63,887 bases of DNA, filler included, from Reclinomonas americana ATCC 50394 (GCA_048213135.1; 7 parts of 6 records of this genome joined end to end with filler, not necessarily neighbours in it), one strand, 5' to 3'; positions 22,684 to 35,758 are shown, counted from the first letter of the whole stretch. Numbers and translations are program-made. The notes: a model not told the origin generated them from the letters alone.

Positions 22684-25636
22684 TGAATGTTGCTGTTGGT
22701 GATGAGGTGGCGGATGGTGACACTGCTGCTGCTGCTGCTGGTGGAGATGACGACGCGTTTGCTTCATTTGTCGGTGGTGTTCGTTCGGAGGCCGGCACTG
22801 ATGTTGGTGGCTTGGTGCTGTTGAATCGCGGAGGTGGGCGAGCGACAAGACAGACGCAGGCATCGTCGTCGCCGGAGGTCAGCTTTGTCGCGATTGTGTG
22901 CATGGCGGGTGCTGGTGTGTGTGTGTGTCTTGCGCACGCGACCGGGGAAGTGTGACGACTGAGTGGCGGCGTGGTGGTAGGTGTGTTGGGTGCTCCGACG
23001 GCGCTGCAGCAGTGCGGGTGGCTCGGGTTGCCACTGTTTGCTGTTGCGTGTTTTCTCCCATAGTGCGTCTCTCGCACGCTGTCGATGCTGATACGGGGTG
23101 AGCAGCTGGTGGCGTTCATTGGAAACTGCACGGCACGCTCTGTGGTGTGGTCACTGTACAGACCCACGGGCAAGCTGCGCTCGTACGCGGCTCTCGGTCG
23201 ACTGTGTTTTGGGCGAACGGGCGACGTGGTGGTGCAGGTGTTCCAGTCGGGCGCCCTCCTCAGTGCCTGCATCACGTACTTGATCCTGGTCGGCACCGGC
23301 ATGTCGTCGCTGATCCGCACGCTGCGGACGTGGCAGTGGGTGTTGGTGGCCACGGCTGTGGTGTGGCCGGTGACCATGCTGAAGACGCTACACAAGCTGA
23401 CTGTGTTTGCAGTTGCGTGGAGTGGGGAAAAGGGATGTGAATAGAAGGTTGTTTTCTTACTCTCCTGTGCTTGCAGCTGTTTGCCGTGGTCGCCACCGCC
23501 ATTGTTGCGTTTGTGTGTCTGGATGTCAGGTGAGTAACCGCAATGCTGATGTGAGGGAGTGGCGTGCAGGTTAGTGGCGCGGTGCTGGTGGATGCGGCGA
23601 TGGAGGTGCATTCGAGTGGAATTGCTCCGACGTCGTTTGTGACGGACTTTTCGGGTCTTACTTTGGTGAGGGGGGGAGAGGGAGAGAGGGGGGGAAGAGA
23701 AGGAGAGAAGAGAGAGAGAGAGTAACCTGAGACGCGAGAAAAAGAGAGAGGGAGAAAGCGTGAGAGAGAGAGAGGGAAAGCGTGAGAGAGAGATTGAGAT
23801 CGAGATACAGAAAGACGGAAGGAGAGAGAGAACGACGTTGAGAAGCGACGTGAGGGACTGGGGTGGGGAAATGGAATGAGAGTACGAGAAAGAGAGAGAC
23901 GGAGAGAGCGAACCTGAGAAGCAAATGAGGGACTGATGGTGAAGCGGAATGAGAAAAAGGAGAGTGGGAAAGCGTGAGAGAGACTGGTGTGAGAGAGAGA
24001 GAGCAACCTGAGAAGCGAGAGAAAGAGAGAGGGGGAAAACGTGAGAGAGAGACTGGTGCGAGAGAGTGAGATCGAGATACAGAGACACGGAAGGAGAGAG
24101 AGAACGAAGCTGAGAAGTGTCTTTGGAAGACTGTGATAATGAAATGGAATGAGAGAGAGAGAGAGAGAGGAGGGAGAGCGTGAGGAGAGAATGTGACGAG
24201 AAGAAATAATATCGTGAGATTGTGATTGTGATGTGGACAGGACGTGAGCATGAATGCGAAAACAGAGGGTACAGAGAGAGAGGGATAGAGAAGCGAAGTG
24301 AAGGAGACGGTGATGGTGAAACCGAGTGAGAGAAGCAGAACATTGACCTGCGTGCACCGCGTCACTCATGTATCTTGTGTGCTCACATCCCCACGGTTCC
24401 ACTTTCCGCGCTGCATATCTTACTCCCTCTGTCTGCCGGTATCCCATCTAATCCACTCATCATTCGCTCGTTTCCCTCTGCCTTGCAGGGCTATGGTGCC
24501 TTCCTCTTTGGTTTCGGATGCCATGCGTTGGTGTGTTTTGTGTGTGCTCCCTCTCTTCCCCTGCTTGCCTGCGCTGACCCCACAGCAGGTACCGGCCATT
24601 GAGGCTGGCATGTCAAAACCATGGCAATATCCGTCCATGATCAATGTCACGTTTGTGGTGGTGGCGATTCTCTACGTGCCGAGGTGTGCTGTCTACGTAG
24701 CCGCACAAGTGTTGTTCGCCGCTCAATTCGCTGCGCTCCTGCAGCTCTGTAATGGCGTACCTCGCCTACGGTAATGGTGGTGTGCTGAGGTTTGTGCCTT
24801 CGTGGCTCAGACTTCCACGGTCTCAACTCATTTGGTGTACTGCAGCCCGGCACTCGACAATCTGGTGTACGAGGGCTTGCCAAGAAAGATCTTCACCAGC
24901 ATGTCTATGGTGTACTTGCTGGCGGTGAGCAGACTTCCGTGTGTGACAGTTCACTGCCATCCATGAAAATCACTCTCATCTCCCGCTACAGCTGCTTCCG
25001 CTCACTCTCAATCCCGTATGTCGAACGGTATGAAGGCATTCTCTGCAGAATGTGACTGGTCGTGCTCACCAGGTGCTGGTGGTGCACAGATTGAGATCCA
25101 GTTGAGAGTAGATCGACGGTCGCACAATCTGGTGTGGAGAATGGTACTGCGCACGGTGCTGTTGCTGGTGGCTGCGGGAGTCGCCATTGGCCTGCCGTAC
25201 TTCCAGGTGTGTCTGTCGTTGTGAATGAGGCAAGTTGACAACTAACCTCTCCGGGGGCTGTCGCAGGATTTCATCAGCCTCACTGGCTCTTTCTGTTGCG
25301 CACTTCGTGATGATGTCTGTTGTTTTTGTGTTGTTTTTTTGTGCGATGCTCACCATCGTTTATTGACAGGGATGGGGACGTTGGTGCGTCTGTTTTTTCC
25401 AGCAGCAAGATTGCGCTGCATTTGTTGACTCACCCTCGCCTCTCGTGCAGGCGTGCGTGCTGCCGACACTGTTCTACATTGAGCTGCGACGCAAGGCCGG
25501 CATGAGGTGGTATCAGTGGGCCATATCGATCGGTGTGCTGGTGTTCTCGGTCGGAGGGGGTGTGGCGGGCACTGTGAATGCCATTCGTGCGCTGGTCGCC
25601 GATTGTCATTCGCAGCCGGTGAATGGTGGTGATTGA
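22684..25636 (+). CDS. Amino acid transporter (AAAP / Aa_trans family), 5'-truncated
   Basis: SYAALGRLCFGRTG, ACITYLILVG, YGAFLFGFGCHA|VPAIEAGMSKPWQYP, AIGLPYF, VLPTLFYI and multiple TM segments. Confidence 0.88.
23720..24155 (+). repeat. Degenerate direct repeat (about 150-165 bp, two copies about 275 bp apart) inside a long GA-rich intron
   Basis: AACCTGAGA..GAGATCGAGATACAGA..ACGGAAGGAGAGAGAGAACGA..TGAGAAG..AAATGGAATGAGAG occurs at about 23724 and about 24005. Confidence 0.8.
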
Positions 25637-26273
25637 AGGGCGTAATTCAGAATCGGTGACAACAACAACGACACCGCAGCTGCAACAACAACTTTACTAA
25701 TCCAAACAGCAACACAGCTGCAGGATGATCACCATCTTGAGTGAGCACCAGATATCACGGATGCGGTGAGAAAAAAGTCGAGATGCCTAATGCCGGCGTT
25801 TCTGCCGTAGAAATCACGGCTTGTGACAAGCTTGGATTTTCTGCTGAATTCCAAAAAGGAATGCGGAAAGATAGCACAAGGTGCTGGTGTCAAAAAACAC
25901 GTGGATCGACATGGCAGCCAGGACCGGAAGGAACAAGGTGAATCATGAGAAAATCGAATTGCCAGCCTACGAACCACTGCTTCAAAGCAATGAACGAGCA
26001 GCAACGTGCGTTTTTAGTCCACTCGCATACCTCCAACTGCATTTGGTAGCAGCCAGCGGAGCCCCCAACTTCGAAGTCAACTTCGAAAAACTGAATTCCA
26101 AGGTCCAGTTTCAGGACGCCATGATATCGCAGTCGCGGGGATCGGAACGTTATCCTTGACATTTTTCATCGCTCGCCGTGCACGAAGGCTGCATCCTTTC
26201 TTGTTCGAAATTCGATTTTGGTCGATCGATCGGGGCAACGGAATTTATCAACCGCATTTGCGAGAGACACTCG

Positions 26274-29200
26274 ATGGGGGCAAAGCACCCGCACGGCGAC
26301 GCCGCCGAGGCCGCTGATCAACTGGCCCGGATCATTGTTTTGTCTCACATAATGCTCTACTCTCTCTTCCCTTTTTCTCACTCACACTTCTGTCACCACC
26401 AGACCGATCACAAGTACGGCAAACACGAGCCCACCTTCCAGCCACTCTACAATGTGGAGCACGGCGCCATCCATCATTACAATCTACACACAGAGCGCAG
26501 TGCGAAGAGAGAGCCTCCAGGCACCCTCCAGCCGTCCGGTTACTTTTATCAGCCGACACTGAGCACGATCCGCACAGAGGCCCGCGATCGGGAGAGTTGA
26601 GCTGCAGGGAGGGTGGTAGTGGTGGTGATGCCTGTCTCTCTCTCTCTCTCTCACTGCTCGTTGAATCGTACTCTGTGAGGGTGCTCACCTGCTCTTCCTC
26701 CCTCCTTCAAGCTTCGTCCACCTTCTCCTTCTTCTCTTCCCTCTTCTTCTTGTTCTGGTTCTTGATCTTGTTCCTGTTCTTCGTCTTCTTCTGTTTCTTT
26801 CCTCTCTTCTTCTTCTTCTTCTCCTTCTTCTTCTTCTTCTTCGTCTCCTCCTCCTCCTCCTCCTGCTTCTCCTTCTTCTTCTTCCTCTCTCTCTCTGTTC
26901 TCCTCCTTCTCTCGTCCTCCCTCTCTCCTCCTCCTCCTCCTTCCCCCCTTCCTCCTCCTTGTCCTCACCCTTCTCCCTTCTCCCTTCAAATAGTCCCCGT
27001 GGAGGAACACCTTGGCATGAAGTACGCCCGCCCGTACGACCCCAGCCTCATGAAGAAACACATTTACTACGTGGCCGGCACCAAGTACACACCCGAGGAG
27101 CTACGCAGTCGCTTTGCCGGTGGTGACGGTGCTGCTGCTGCTGGTGTTGCGGATGAGAACCGAGTCATGTCGTCGTCGGAGGGAGAGGAATCAGAGTCGG
27201 AGGATGAGCAGCTGGAGGGCAGCCGTGGACCGACGGTGACGCTGGCCATGCTGGAGTCGTCGGGACTGATTGATCACATCCTGCAAATGGAGTCGGAGGG
27301 CGCGTCGGAGCGCCTGATGGAGCAGATGCGTCGTGAGGTGGCGCAACCGTCGGACGATGAGGACGAGAGTGGAACGAAGCGCGAGCGCAAGCCGAGGTTA
27401 TCGGTGCCGTCGACACTGATGCCGCCCGTGCCACAGCGACCAATGCCGCCAGCGACGCCGCCAGAGGTGCAAGAGCAGCGAGCGCTGCGGGCCAAGGAGG
27501 TACGCGAAGAGCAGGAACGTGAGCAGGCGGCGCTGCAGGCGGCTCTGGAGCGGGCTGCGGCGGCTGCGGCGGCCCGAGAGGCAGCCATGGCGCGAGCGCA
27601 ACAGGAGGCTGCGGAGGCGGCTCGACGCGAGGAGCAAATGGTGGCGGCGGCCAAGGAAGCAGCCTTGGCAACAGCGCGCGAAGAGGCTGCACGGCAGGAG
27701 GCCGCCTTGCAAAAGGCCGAGGCCGAGGCCGAGCGACAGCGCGAGGAGATGCGCAAGAAGACTGAAGCCGAAGCGGAACAGCGGCGGGTTCAGCGCGCGC
27801 AGCAGGAGCGCGAAGCCGAAGCGCAGCGCGCACGCGAGAAGCAGGAACGGGAGGCCAAGGAGGCCGAGGAAGCGGCCGCGGCTGCCACCGCCGCCACGCA
27901 GCTGCAAGAAGAGCAGGCGAGGCAGCAGGATGCCGTGGCGCGCCGACTGGCCGAGAAGAGGCAGGCGGCGGCCGAGAAGCGGAAGCAAAAAGAGGAGAAT
28001 GTGCAGCAGGCACAGCAGCAGCAGCAGGAGGCGCACGGCGTCAGCAGCAACAACAGCAACAACAGCAACAGCGACAACCAGAATGCTCTGGCCGAACTCG
28101 ACGGACAAGTCGCCACTGGCGGCCTGGCTCCTCTCCGTCCCGCGCGTCGGCTGGTGGGTGCAATGGAAGCTCCGCAGGCGGGACAGCTGGCGCCGCTGGC
28201 ACCGTTGGCTGGTGGTCCGCGGTCTCTGGAACCGAGCTCGCTCGCTCCGCTGCGTGCGGTTCCGCGTCTCGGCGCCCCGGTCGAGACGGATGCCGCTACG
28301 GTGACCGCCACTGTCGTCGCCGCCAAGGCCGACGAGGACAGGAAGCGTCGTCAGGAGGAGGAGATTGCGCAAGAAAAGGCGGCACGAGGTACGACGCTTC
28401 CACGTTTTTCCTGCACAATTTGTTGTTGTCCCTCACTCGCTCACTCTTCGCAGCGGCCTTGCTTGCCGCACCGCTTCCGTCGCTGCAATCGCGTGGAATG
28501 CGTGCCGCACCAGCCGCAGAATCCGCTGGCGCGGGTGCGGAACCGAGGCGTCACATGTTTGCAGAGCCGGCGGCTCGTGCACAACGCACCGAGCACATGC
28601 CACCCGAGGAAGGCGGCGACTCACAGCCGACTGCGGCTGATGCGCATCCTTCTGGTGTGGAAGATCGATGGGCCGACGAGGCACAACCACGGCGACGACC
28701 CATGGCGACACTCGGTGGCGCACCTGCTGCTGCAACTGCTGGGTGGGCGGCGCAACAAGAGCACACGGATGACGACACCATGGAGGTGATGCCGCCTGCC
28801 GCCACTGTTGCACAGCGTAGCGAGGCCGAGAAGTGGAGCACGGGACCGCAGATGGTCAATGCACGACGAGTGGCGGCCACTCGCGTGTCTCAGGAGGGTG
28901 TCGAGTCGCCGGGCGAGGAGTCGCGCGACGAGTACCCGGGTGCTGCTGGTGGCATGCCGCCACCACGCGGGCACATTAGCCACGTGAAGACGACACCAGT
29001 CAGGCCTGGCAACAGTCAGTTCATGCGACCAACCGAGGTGACGGTGATGAAGCGCGATCGACGCGCCGCAGCAGCCGGCTCGGAGCCCGAATACTCGGAA
29101 GCCTTCGATTTCCGAATGACCACTGCCTCTTCTGCTGCTGCTGCTGCTGCGGAAGCTGCAGGCGACGATGAGTTGCAGCCCGTGTCTGCGGCCGTCAACC

Positions 29201-31227
29201 GTGGTGCCCAGCAATTCGCACCGACTGATATGGGAGCGCGTTCGCGTGCGATGGGTTGGGGCGCCGACTCGCTGGAGGCTCGCCGTCGTCCAGGCGCGGA
29301 GGATTTCGCTGCGGGTGCACACGCTGGCGACGTGGTGGAGCTGGAGGCGGAGCCTGAGGTGGCGCCGAGCGAGTTTATGCGACCGCCTGCGGAGCAGTCG
29401 CCGAGGTTGAAGAAGAAGAAGGTGGTGAAGAAGAAGAAGGTGGCCAAGCAGGACGATCAGCTTCTCATGCAGCGTGTGGGAGCACCGGTGAGTGATGTGT
29501 GTGCTTCCCGCTTTTTTTCTCTCTCACAGCTGTGGTGGAGATCACTTACGTTCTCTCTTCTTGTGCAGCGCGAACGCCATCATGGAGAAGAGGAACCGTC
29601 GTTGGCCATGGAGGAGTTCGACGATGGTGAGCCTGTGGCAGCAGCAGAAGAGTCGTCCTTGGTCATGGTGGACGATGACGACGGAGAGGACGACGCGGCA
29701 CTGCGGGAAACCAGTGTGGCCGCACGCTCTTCTGGGCGTCCCGGCGGTCGACTGTCGCGCGGCAGTCCACCATCATCGCAGCGTGCCGGCGATATGTACG
29801 ACGAGGATGTCGAGCTGGTGGCGCCGTCGTCGGCACCGAAACAGTTTGCGGCTGGCGAAGCTCCGCGCATGCCCGCATTCACCGCAGTGCGCGCTCAGCC
29901 GGCTCCTCGTCGCGACATGCTCGGTCAGCGAGCCGACGGCCCCAAGGCCGTCACTGTCACGTTGCGTCCCTCCTTCTCACATCTTAGCGAAAGTCCCTTC
30001 TATTCAGTCGCTCACATCCTCTCCCTCCAGGCGGTACCGCACCGATCCGCGGCAGCCATCGCGCTCACCCGAACCGCGCGGTCACGAGGACGACGAAGAA
30101 GAGGAGTTTGCCGTGGAGCATGTGCCGGCGCGAGCGCCGGGTGGACGACCCACACGAGGCAACCGACCGGCGCCACCGCGTCGTCTCAACGACGACGACG
30201 ACGACGACGATGGAGTGGGTCGTGTGCGCGAGGTCGATCTCAGCATGTTTGGCCAGCGCACAAACTCGAACACGACCGCCAGCCCGGCCGCCATGCCGTC
30301 GCCTGCCGAAAACCCATTCGCGCGACGGTCGGCGGTGGACGACGACGACGACGAGTTCGAGCAGCAGCTGCCCGACAGTTCACGTGCTGCGGGCGCTCGA
30401 CCAGCGTCGGTGAGTCAGTTGTTGTCATTTGACCTTCTTCCTGTCGATGCTTACACGTGCGCACACGCAGGCTGGTGTCTCACGCGATCTGGGTGCCGAC
30501 GGGCGTCGTGGTCGGCGCGTTGGGCTTGGCGCACCGACACGCGAAGCCAGTGTGTACGACGCCACCAACGACGAGCTGGTGTCCGGCGGCAGAACGGCAG
30601 AGGCTTCTCCACCGCGACAGCGGCAGAGGAAGGACGCAGACTTTAGTGATGGCGAAGGAGATGGTGAGTGGGAGGTCGTGCATCAAGTGAGTTTCTGTGC
30701 GCGACACCAGACTCACAAGGCTGCTGTTGTGGTGTGACGCAGAATCACCGCTCGGCGCACAACCAGTGGGCATTGTCATTGAGCCACCACCACCCGGCCC
30801 ACGTGCGTCTCTTTGTCACTCTCTCTCTCTCTCTCTCTCCACACATGTGCCTACTCACTCCATTCATCTTCATGGCGCAGGTCTCCCCGCCGGCTCATCG
30901 AAATCCGCCGCACCCTCACCACCCAACGACCCCGCCGCCAAGAAGCTCTTGTACCAGACGAAAGAGCTGTTGGCCGCCGACGAAACGGAGCTGGGCGGTC
31001 GCGATGGCAAAGCCGACTTCCTCATGGCGTACTCGCGTCGCTGGCGCACGATCATCAAGCGGTGGGTGACGCAGTTCTCGCAGGAAACGGGCCACAAGCC
31101 AAGCGCTCGTGAAAAACGCCTCATCAAGCCGTGGATCCTGGCCTACCGTTCCATCAAGCAGTCACTGGCTGCACTAGGCGATGGAGACGCAGAAGCCGAC
31201 GGCGACGAGGAGGAGGATGTGGAGTAA
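26274..31227 (+). CDS. Large coiled-coil/low-complexity protein with a C-terminal FAM13-like helical motif
   Basis: Spliceable from ATG 26274. E/A/R/Q coiled coil at about 27470-28030. C-terminal IKRWVTQFSQETGHKPSAREKRLIKPWILAYRSIKQSL. Confidence 0.65.
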
Positions 31228-31291
31228 TAGTTTATGTAAAGTGGAAAACCGATTGTTTACGGCTTGCTTTTTGTCACATCACAAAATCACA

Positions 31292-34158
31292 ATGTTGTTC
31301 GACGAGTATGGTGGGTGCCGCTTGTCTTGCGTTAGATCGTGCACGTGGCGAGTGAGTCAGTGAGAGTCAGTGTGTATGTGTAAGAGAGGCAAAAGGTGAC
31401 AGGGGTGTTTCTGGGAGTTGTCGCGCGCGTGACATGTCCACACTGCGCAACTCTCTCTCTCTCTGTCTTGTGCGTGAATGCATGAGTGTCAGTGCAGTGT
31501 GTGTGCATGCGGGGATACCCACTCATACGCACACACACGACGAGGAGAGGAGGAGGAGGAGAGAGAGAGGAAGGAGATCTCACACACGCGCGTGTTTGCG
31601 CGCGCTCACTCTGCCCACTCTTGCCCCCGTGTGCACTCTTGCCAGTGAGACAGCAACTCACTTGTGCACTCCTTGTGTGTTGCATGGTGAACACGCGAGA
31701 GAAGTGGGCGAGTTGTCGCGCGTGTGTGTGTGTTTGCGCATTTCCTCACTCGCCTCTCTCACGCACTCGCAGGCCGCCCCTTCATCATTCTGCGCGAGCA
31801 GGGTCAAAAGAAGCGCCTTCGAGGCATCGATGCCATGAAGGTGCGACAGGAAAGAAACACACAAGAGCATTTTGCAGTTGTCGCTCACTCACTCTCTCTC
31901 GTTCTCTTGCTCACTCACAGGCCAACATCCACGCTGCCACCACGCTGACCAATGTGATGGTGAGTGTTGCTCTGTTGATTGCTCTTTGTGCGCACAGTGG
32001 TCTCATACGTGTGTTTCCCAATCACAGCGCACTTCTCTTGGCCCCAAGGGTCGGTCCACATCTCAACTCCTTCGCGTCTGTGTTTCGCGTCGTCGACTCA
32101 TGCGTGCTGTGTATATGTGTGTTACAGGCATGGACAAGATGCTCATCAGCGGCGACGGCGATGTGACTGTCACCAATGACGGTGCCACCATTCTGAAGGA
32201 GATGCACGTCGAGGTGAGCGCCGCGCCCCCTTTCTTCATCTTCGTGTCTCGCCTTGTCGTCTCCTCACCGCGTGCTTGTTGCGTCGCAGAACGAGATTGC
32301 CCGACTGTTGGTGGAGCTGTCGGCCAGCCAGGATATGGAGATTGGGTGCGTGTTTTTCTCATTTCAAAAAGCGTGAGACCACCTGAGAGAGAGAGAGAGA
32401 GAGTGAGTGAGAGAGTGGTACTTTGAGGAAGGAGGGGGGGAGTGAGGTCATCGTTGCAGCATCTTTCTCATCCTTTCTCTCACCTCTTCTCTCCCTCTCC
32501 TCTTCTTCTCTTCCAATCACTTCTCTCTACTCCTCTCCACCACCGTTGCTCATGCAATCTCATCGCCAGTGACGGCACGACGGGTGTCGTTGTGTTGGCC
32601 GGTGCCTTGTTGAAGGAGGCAGAGAAGCTGCTGGATCGTGGCATTCACCCCATCCGCATTGCCGACGGTTTCCACCGCGCATCTGAGGTGGCCGTGGCGT
32701 ACCTCGAGGTCTGTCATCTCTCTCCCCGCCCTCCCCTCCCCTCCCCACTCTGACTCCCTTCTCCCTCACAGAGCATCAGCGACCGCGTCGACTTCTCACA
32801 AGACCACATTGAGCCGCTGGTGGAGACGGCACGAACAACGCTCTCGTCCAAGATCGTCAACCGCTTCTCGCAGACGCTGGCCGAGATCTGCGTGAACGCC
32901 GTGCTGTCGGTGGCCGACCTGGAGCGCAAGGACGTGAACCTGGATCTCATCAAGCTGGAGGGCAAGGAGGGTGGCCGCCTGGAGGACACGCAGCTGGTCT
33001 ACGGCATTGTGGTCGACAAGGACATGTCGCACCCGCAAATGCCCAAGATCATCCGCGACGCCCGCATTGCCATCCTCACGTCGCCGTTTGAGCCGCCAAA
33101 GCCCAAGACCAAGCACCACGTGGAGATTGACTCGGTGGAGAAGTACCAGCAGCTGTACGAGACGGAGCAGGCGTACTTTGAGCAGCAGGTCAAGCTGTGC
33201 AAGGACGCCGGTGCCAATCTCGTGCTCTGCCAGTGGGGTTTCGACGATGAGGCCAACTCGCTGCTGCTGCAGCGCGAGCTGCCGGCCGTACGATGGGTCG
33301 GCGGTGTGGAGATGGAGGTGAGCGGATACGAATGGGGGTTGGGGAGGAGGAGAGGGGAGAGCACGTTTCTCACTCTTGTCTGTGTCTGTTTGCAGTTGAT
33401 TGCCATCGCCACCAATGGCCGCATTGTGCCGCGCTTCTCCGAGTTGAGCCCGGAGAAGCTTGGCAAGGCTGGTCTGGTGCGCGAGATGCAGTTTGGCACC
33501 ACCAAGGACCGCATGATCTTCATCGAGGAGTGTGCCAACTCCAAGGCCGTCACCATTTTCGTGCGCGGCGGCAACAAGATGCTGGTGGAGGAGGCGAAGC
33601 GCTCGATTCACGATGCGCTGTGTGTGGTGCGCAACTTGGTGCGCGACAACCGCATTGTGTACGGTGGTGGTTCCGCCGAGATTGCATGTGGTCTGGCAGT
33701 GGCAGCCGCCGCCGATCAGGTGAGCCTACAGAACGGTAGATAAGTGTCGCCGATCTCTTCTCACACACTTTTCTTTTTATCACTCCAGACATCGGCGATT
33801 GAGCAGTACGCGATGCGTGCCTTTGCCGATGCGCTCGACACGGTGCCGGTGGCGCTGGCGGAGAACAGTGGCTTGCACGCGATCAACGCCGTGACGGAGA
33901 TCAAGGCAAGGCAAATGGCGGAGAAGAACCCGCGACTTGGCATTGACTGCATGTCGACGGGTCAACCGGGTTTGTTTTTTTGCCTTTTGCTCGTGTCTTT
34001 CGCACATTCGTGACTGCTCACCGCGTGTCGGCGCAGACATGAAGCTGCAGGGTGTGTTCGAGACGCTGAAGGGCAAGCAGCAGCAGCTGCGATTGTCCAC
34101 ACAGGTGGTGCGCATGATCCTCAAGATCGACGACATCATCACTCCCTCGGACTACTAA
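31292..34158 (+). CDS. CCT5: Chaperonin CCT/TRiC epsilon subunit
   Basis: [80 protein letters not shown]. Confidence 0.97.
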
Positions 34159-34389
34159 GCTGACACGCGGAGCGTATGCTGTCCACACTGTTTTGGCGTG
34201 CATGTTTTTAGAGTCTGATGTCAGTGAAAAAATAAAGAAGGGGAGTCACCAACCAACCAACCAAGCGTACATGAACAGGCGTCGCAGAGCACATACACAG
34301 ACGAACAAACAAAAAATAATGGATGAAGCGCACACACAGATAACGAATGACAGAAGGATTGCGTGTCTGCGGCCTGTTGACACTGACTT

Positions 34390-35385
34390 CTAGCAGCAGC
34401 CCTTCTTCTCCGTCGGTTGCTGCACTCGGGAGAGTGAGTCTCACACATACTCGCTAGCGCAGAGCAGCAAACTCCACACCTGGTCTCCTCGTTTTTGTGG
34501 TCTTGCTTCGTATTGATTGCCCGAGAGTGGCCCGCTGGGCGAGCCGGCCGTGGCGCCACCAGAACTGGCGGCTGCGTCGGCGGCCTGTGAAATGCCCGCC
34601 AGCGTGTCTTGTGGCGGTGCGGCGAATTCTTCCCTGTTGATCTTCATAATCTCCTGTGCGATTCGTACCAATGCCTCCTCTGCGGGAACGGAGCGATGAG
34701 CGTAAGAATTACAGAAGATTGACATGCTTCCACTGGCCGACGCACCAACATTGAGACCGGTCTTGGCCGATGTCTTGTAGCTGCATGGAGAGGGAAAGAA
34801 AAGAAAAGAAGTGAGACGCCGTGTTTTGCTTCTTCCGTGTTCACGGCTGGCGACGCACCACGCCAAGAACCCGTTGTCGGCGGCAAACTTCTCCAGAAAC
34901 TCGTCTGTGATGGCAATCTCCTCCGTCAAGTCCGACTGGCAGTCGCAAGAGAACGCGAAGAGAGATAGTGAGAGGTCAACGATGATCACGAGTAAAATAA
35001 GCGGTCACCGCGGACCTTGTTGGCCAACAGAATCATGGGAATGGGCTTCTCACTGGCCAGCGACACGTGCTGATTGATCGAATCCCGCCACTCCAGTACT
35101 CGCTCCATGGTCGACTCCCGCGTCATGTCAAACACCACAAACGCTCCCATGGCATACCGATAGTACGCTCGCACACACGACCCATACTTTTCATGCCCCG
35201 CCACATCCCACAACTGCAGATCCACCAAGCGATCCTCCACTCGCAGCTTCTTCAGAAAGAAGTCCACACCCTGTTGTTGCTGTGAGTGTGACGAGTGATG
35301 AGTGACGGTGGAGAGTGCTCCGACGCACAATCGTGATCTTGTATGATGACTCGAAAATGTTCTCCGTGGCGCGCTTGATCAATGA

Positions 35386-35447
<62 letters not shown>

Positions 35448-35758
35448 CGTGCACAGTCAGCGCACACAGGGAGAGAGCGAAGTGTGTGCGTGAGAGAGTG
35501 AGGTTGTCAGTCAAACCTTGCCAACTGCAAAGTCGCCGACGACAACCACCTGTGTGCGTTGCGCCATCCCAAGTCAGTCACACATGGTCACTGCGCACAA
35601 GGATACACACAAAGCACGCGGAGTGCGTCTCCGAAGTGTGCGACCATGGCCAACACCACGCGATGTCTCTCACGCACACAGGTACACACACACAGGCGCA
35701 ATGAACAGACCTTGAAGAAGTCCTTGTTGCGCCCATCACTAGTACCACCACGCATCAT
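34390..35758 (-). CDS. Rab GTPase, Rab32/38/29-like
   Basis: FK|VVVVGDFAVGK|TS, YKITI|GVDF, LQLWDVAGHEKYG, GAFVVFDMTR, KPIPMILLANK|SD, W|YKTSAKTGLNV, and C-terminal EKKGCC* prenylation motif. Confidence 0.9.

Noticed and set aside
26597..26990. Phe-rich 'transmembrane' N-terminus of the 730-aa ORF
   Set aside because: Lies within a GT-AG intron made of CTT/CCT repeats.
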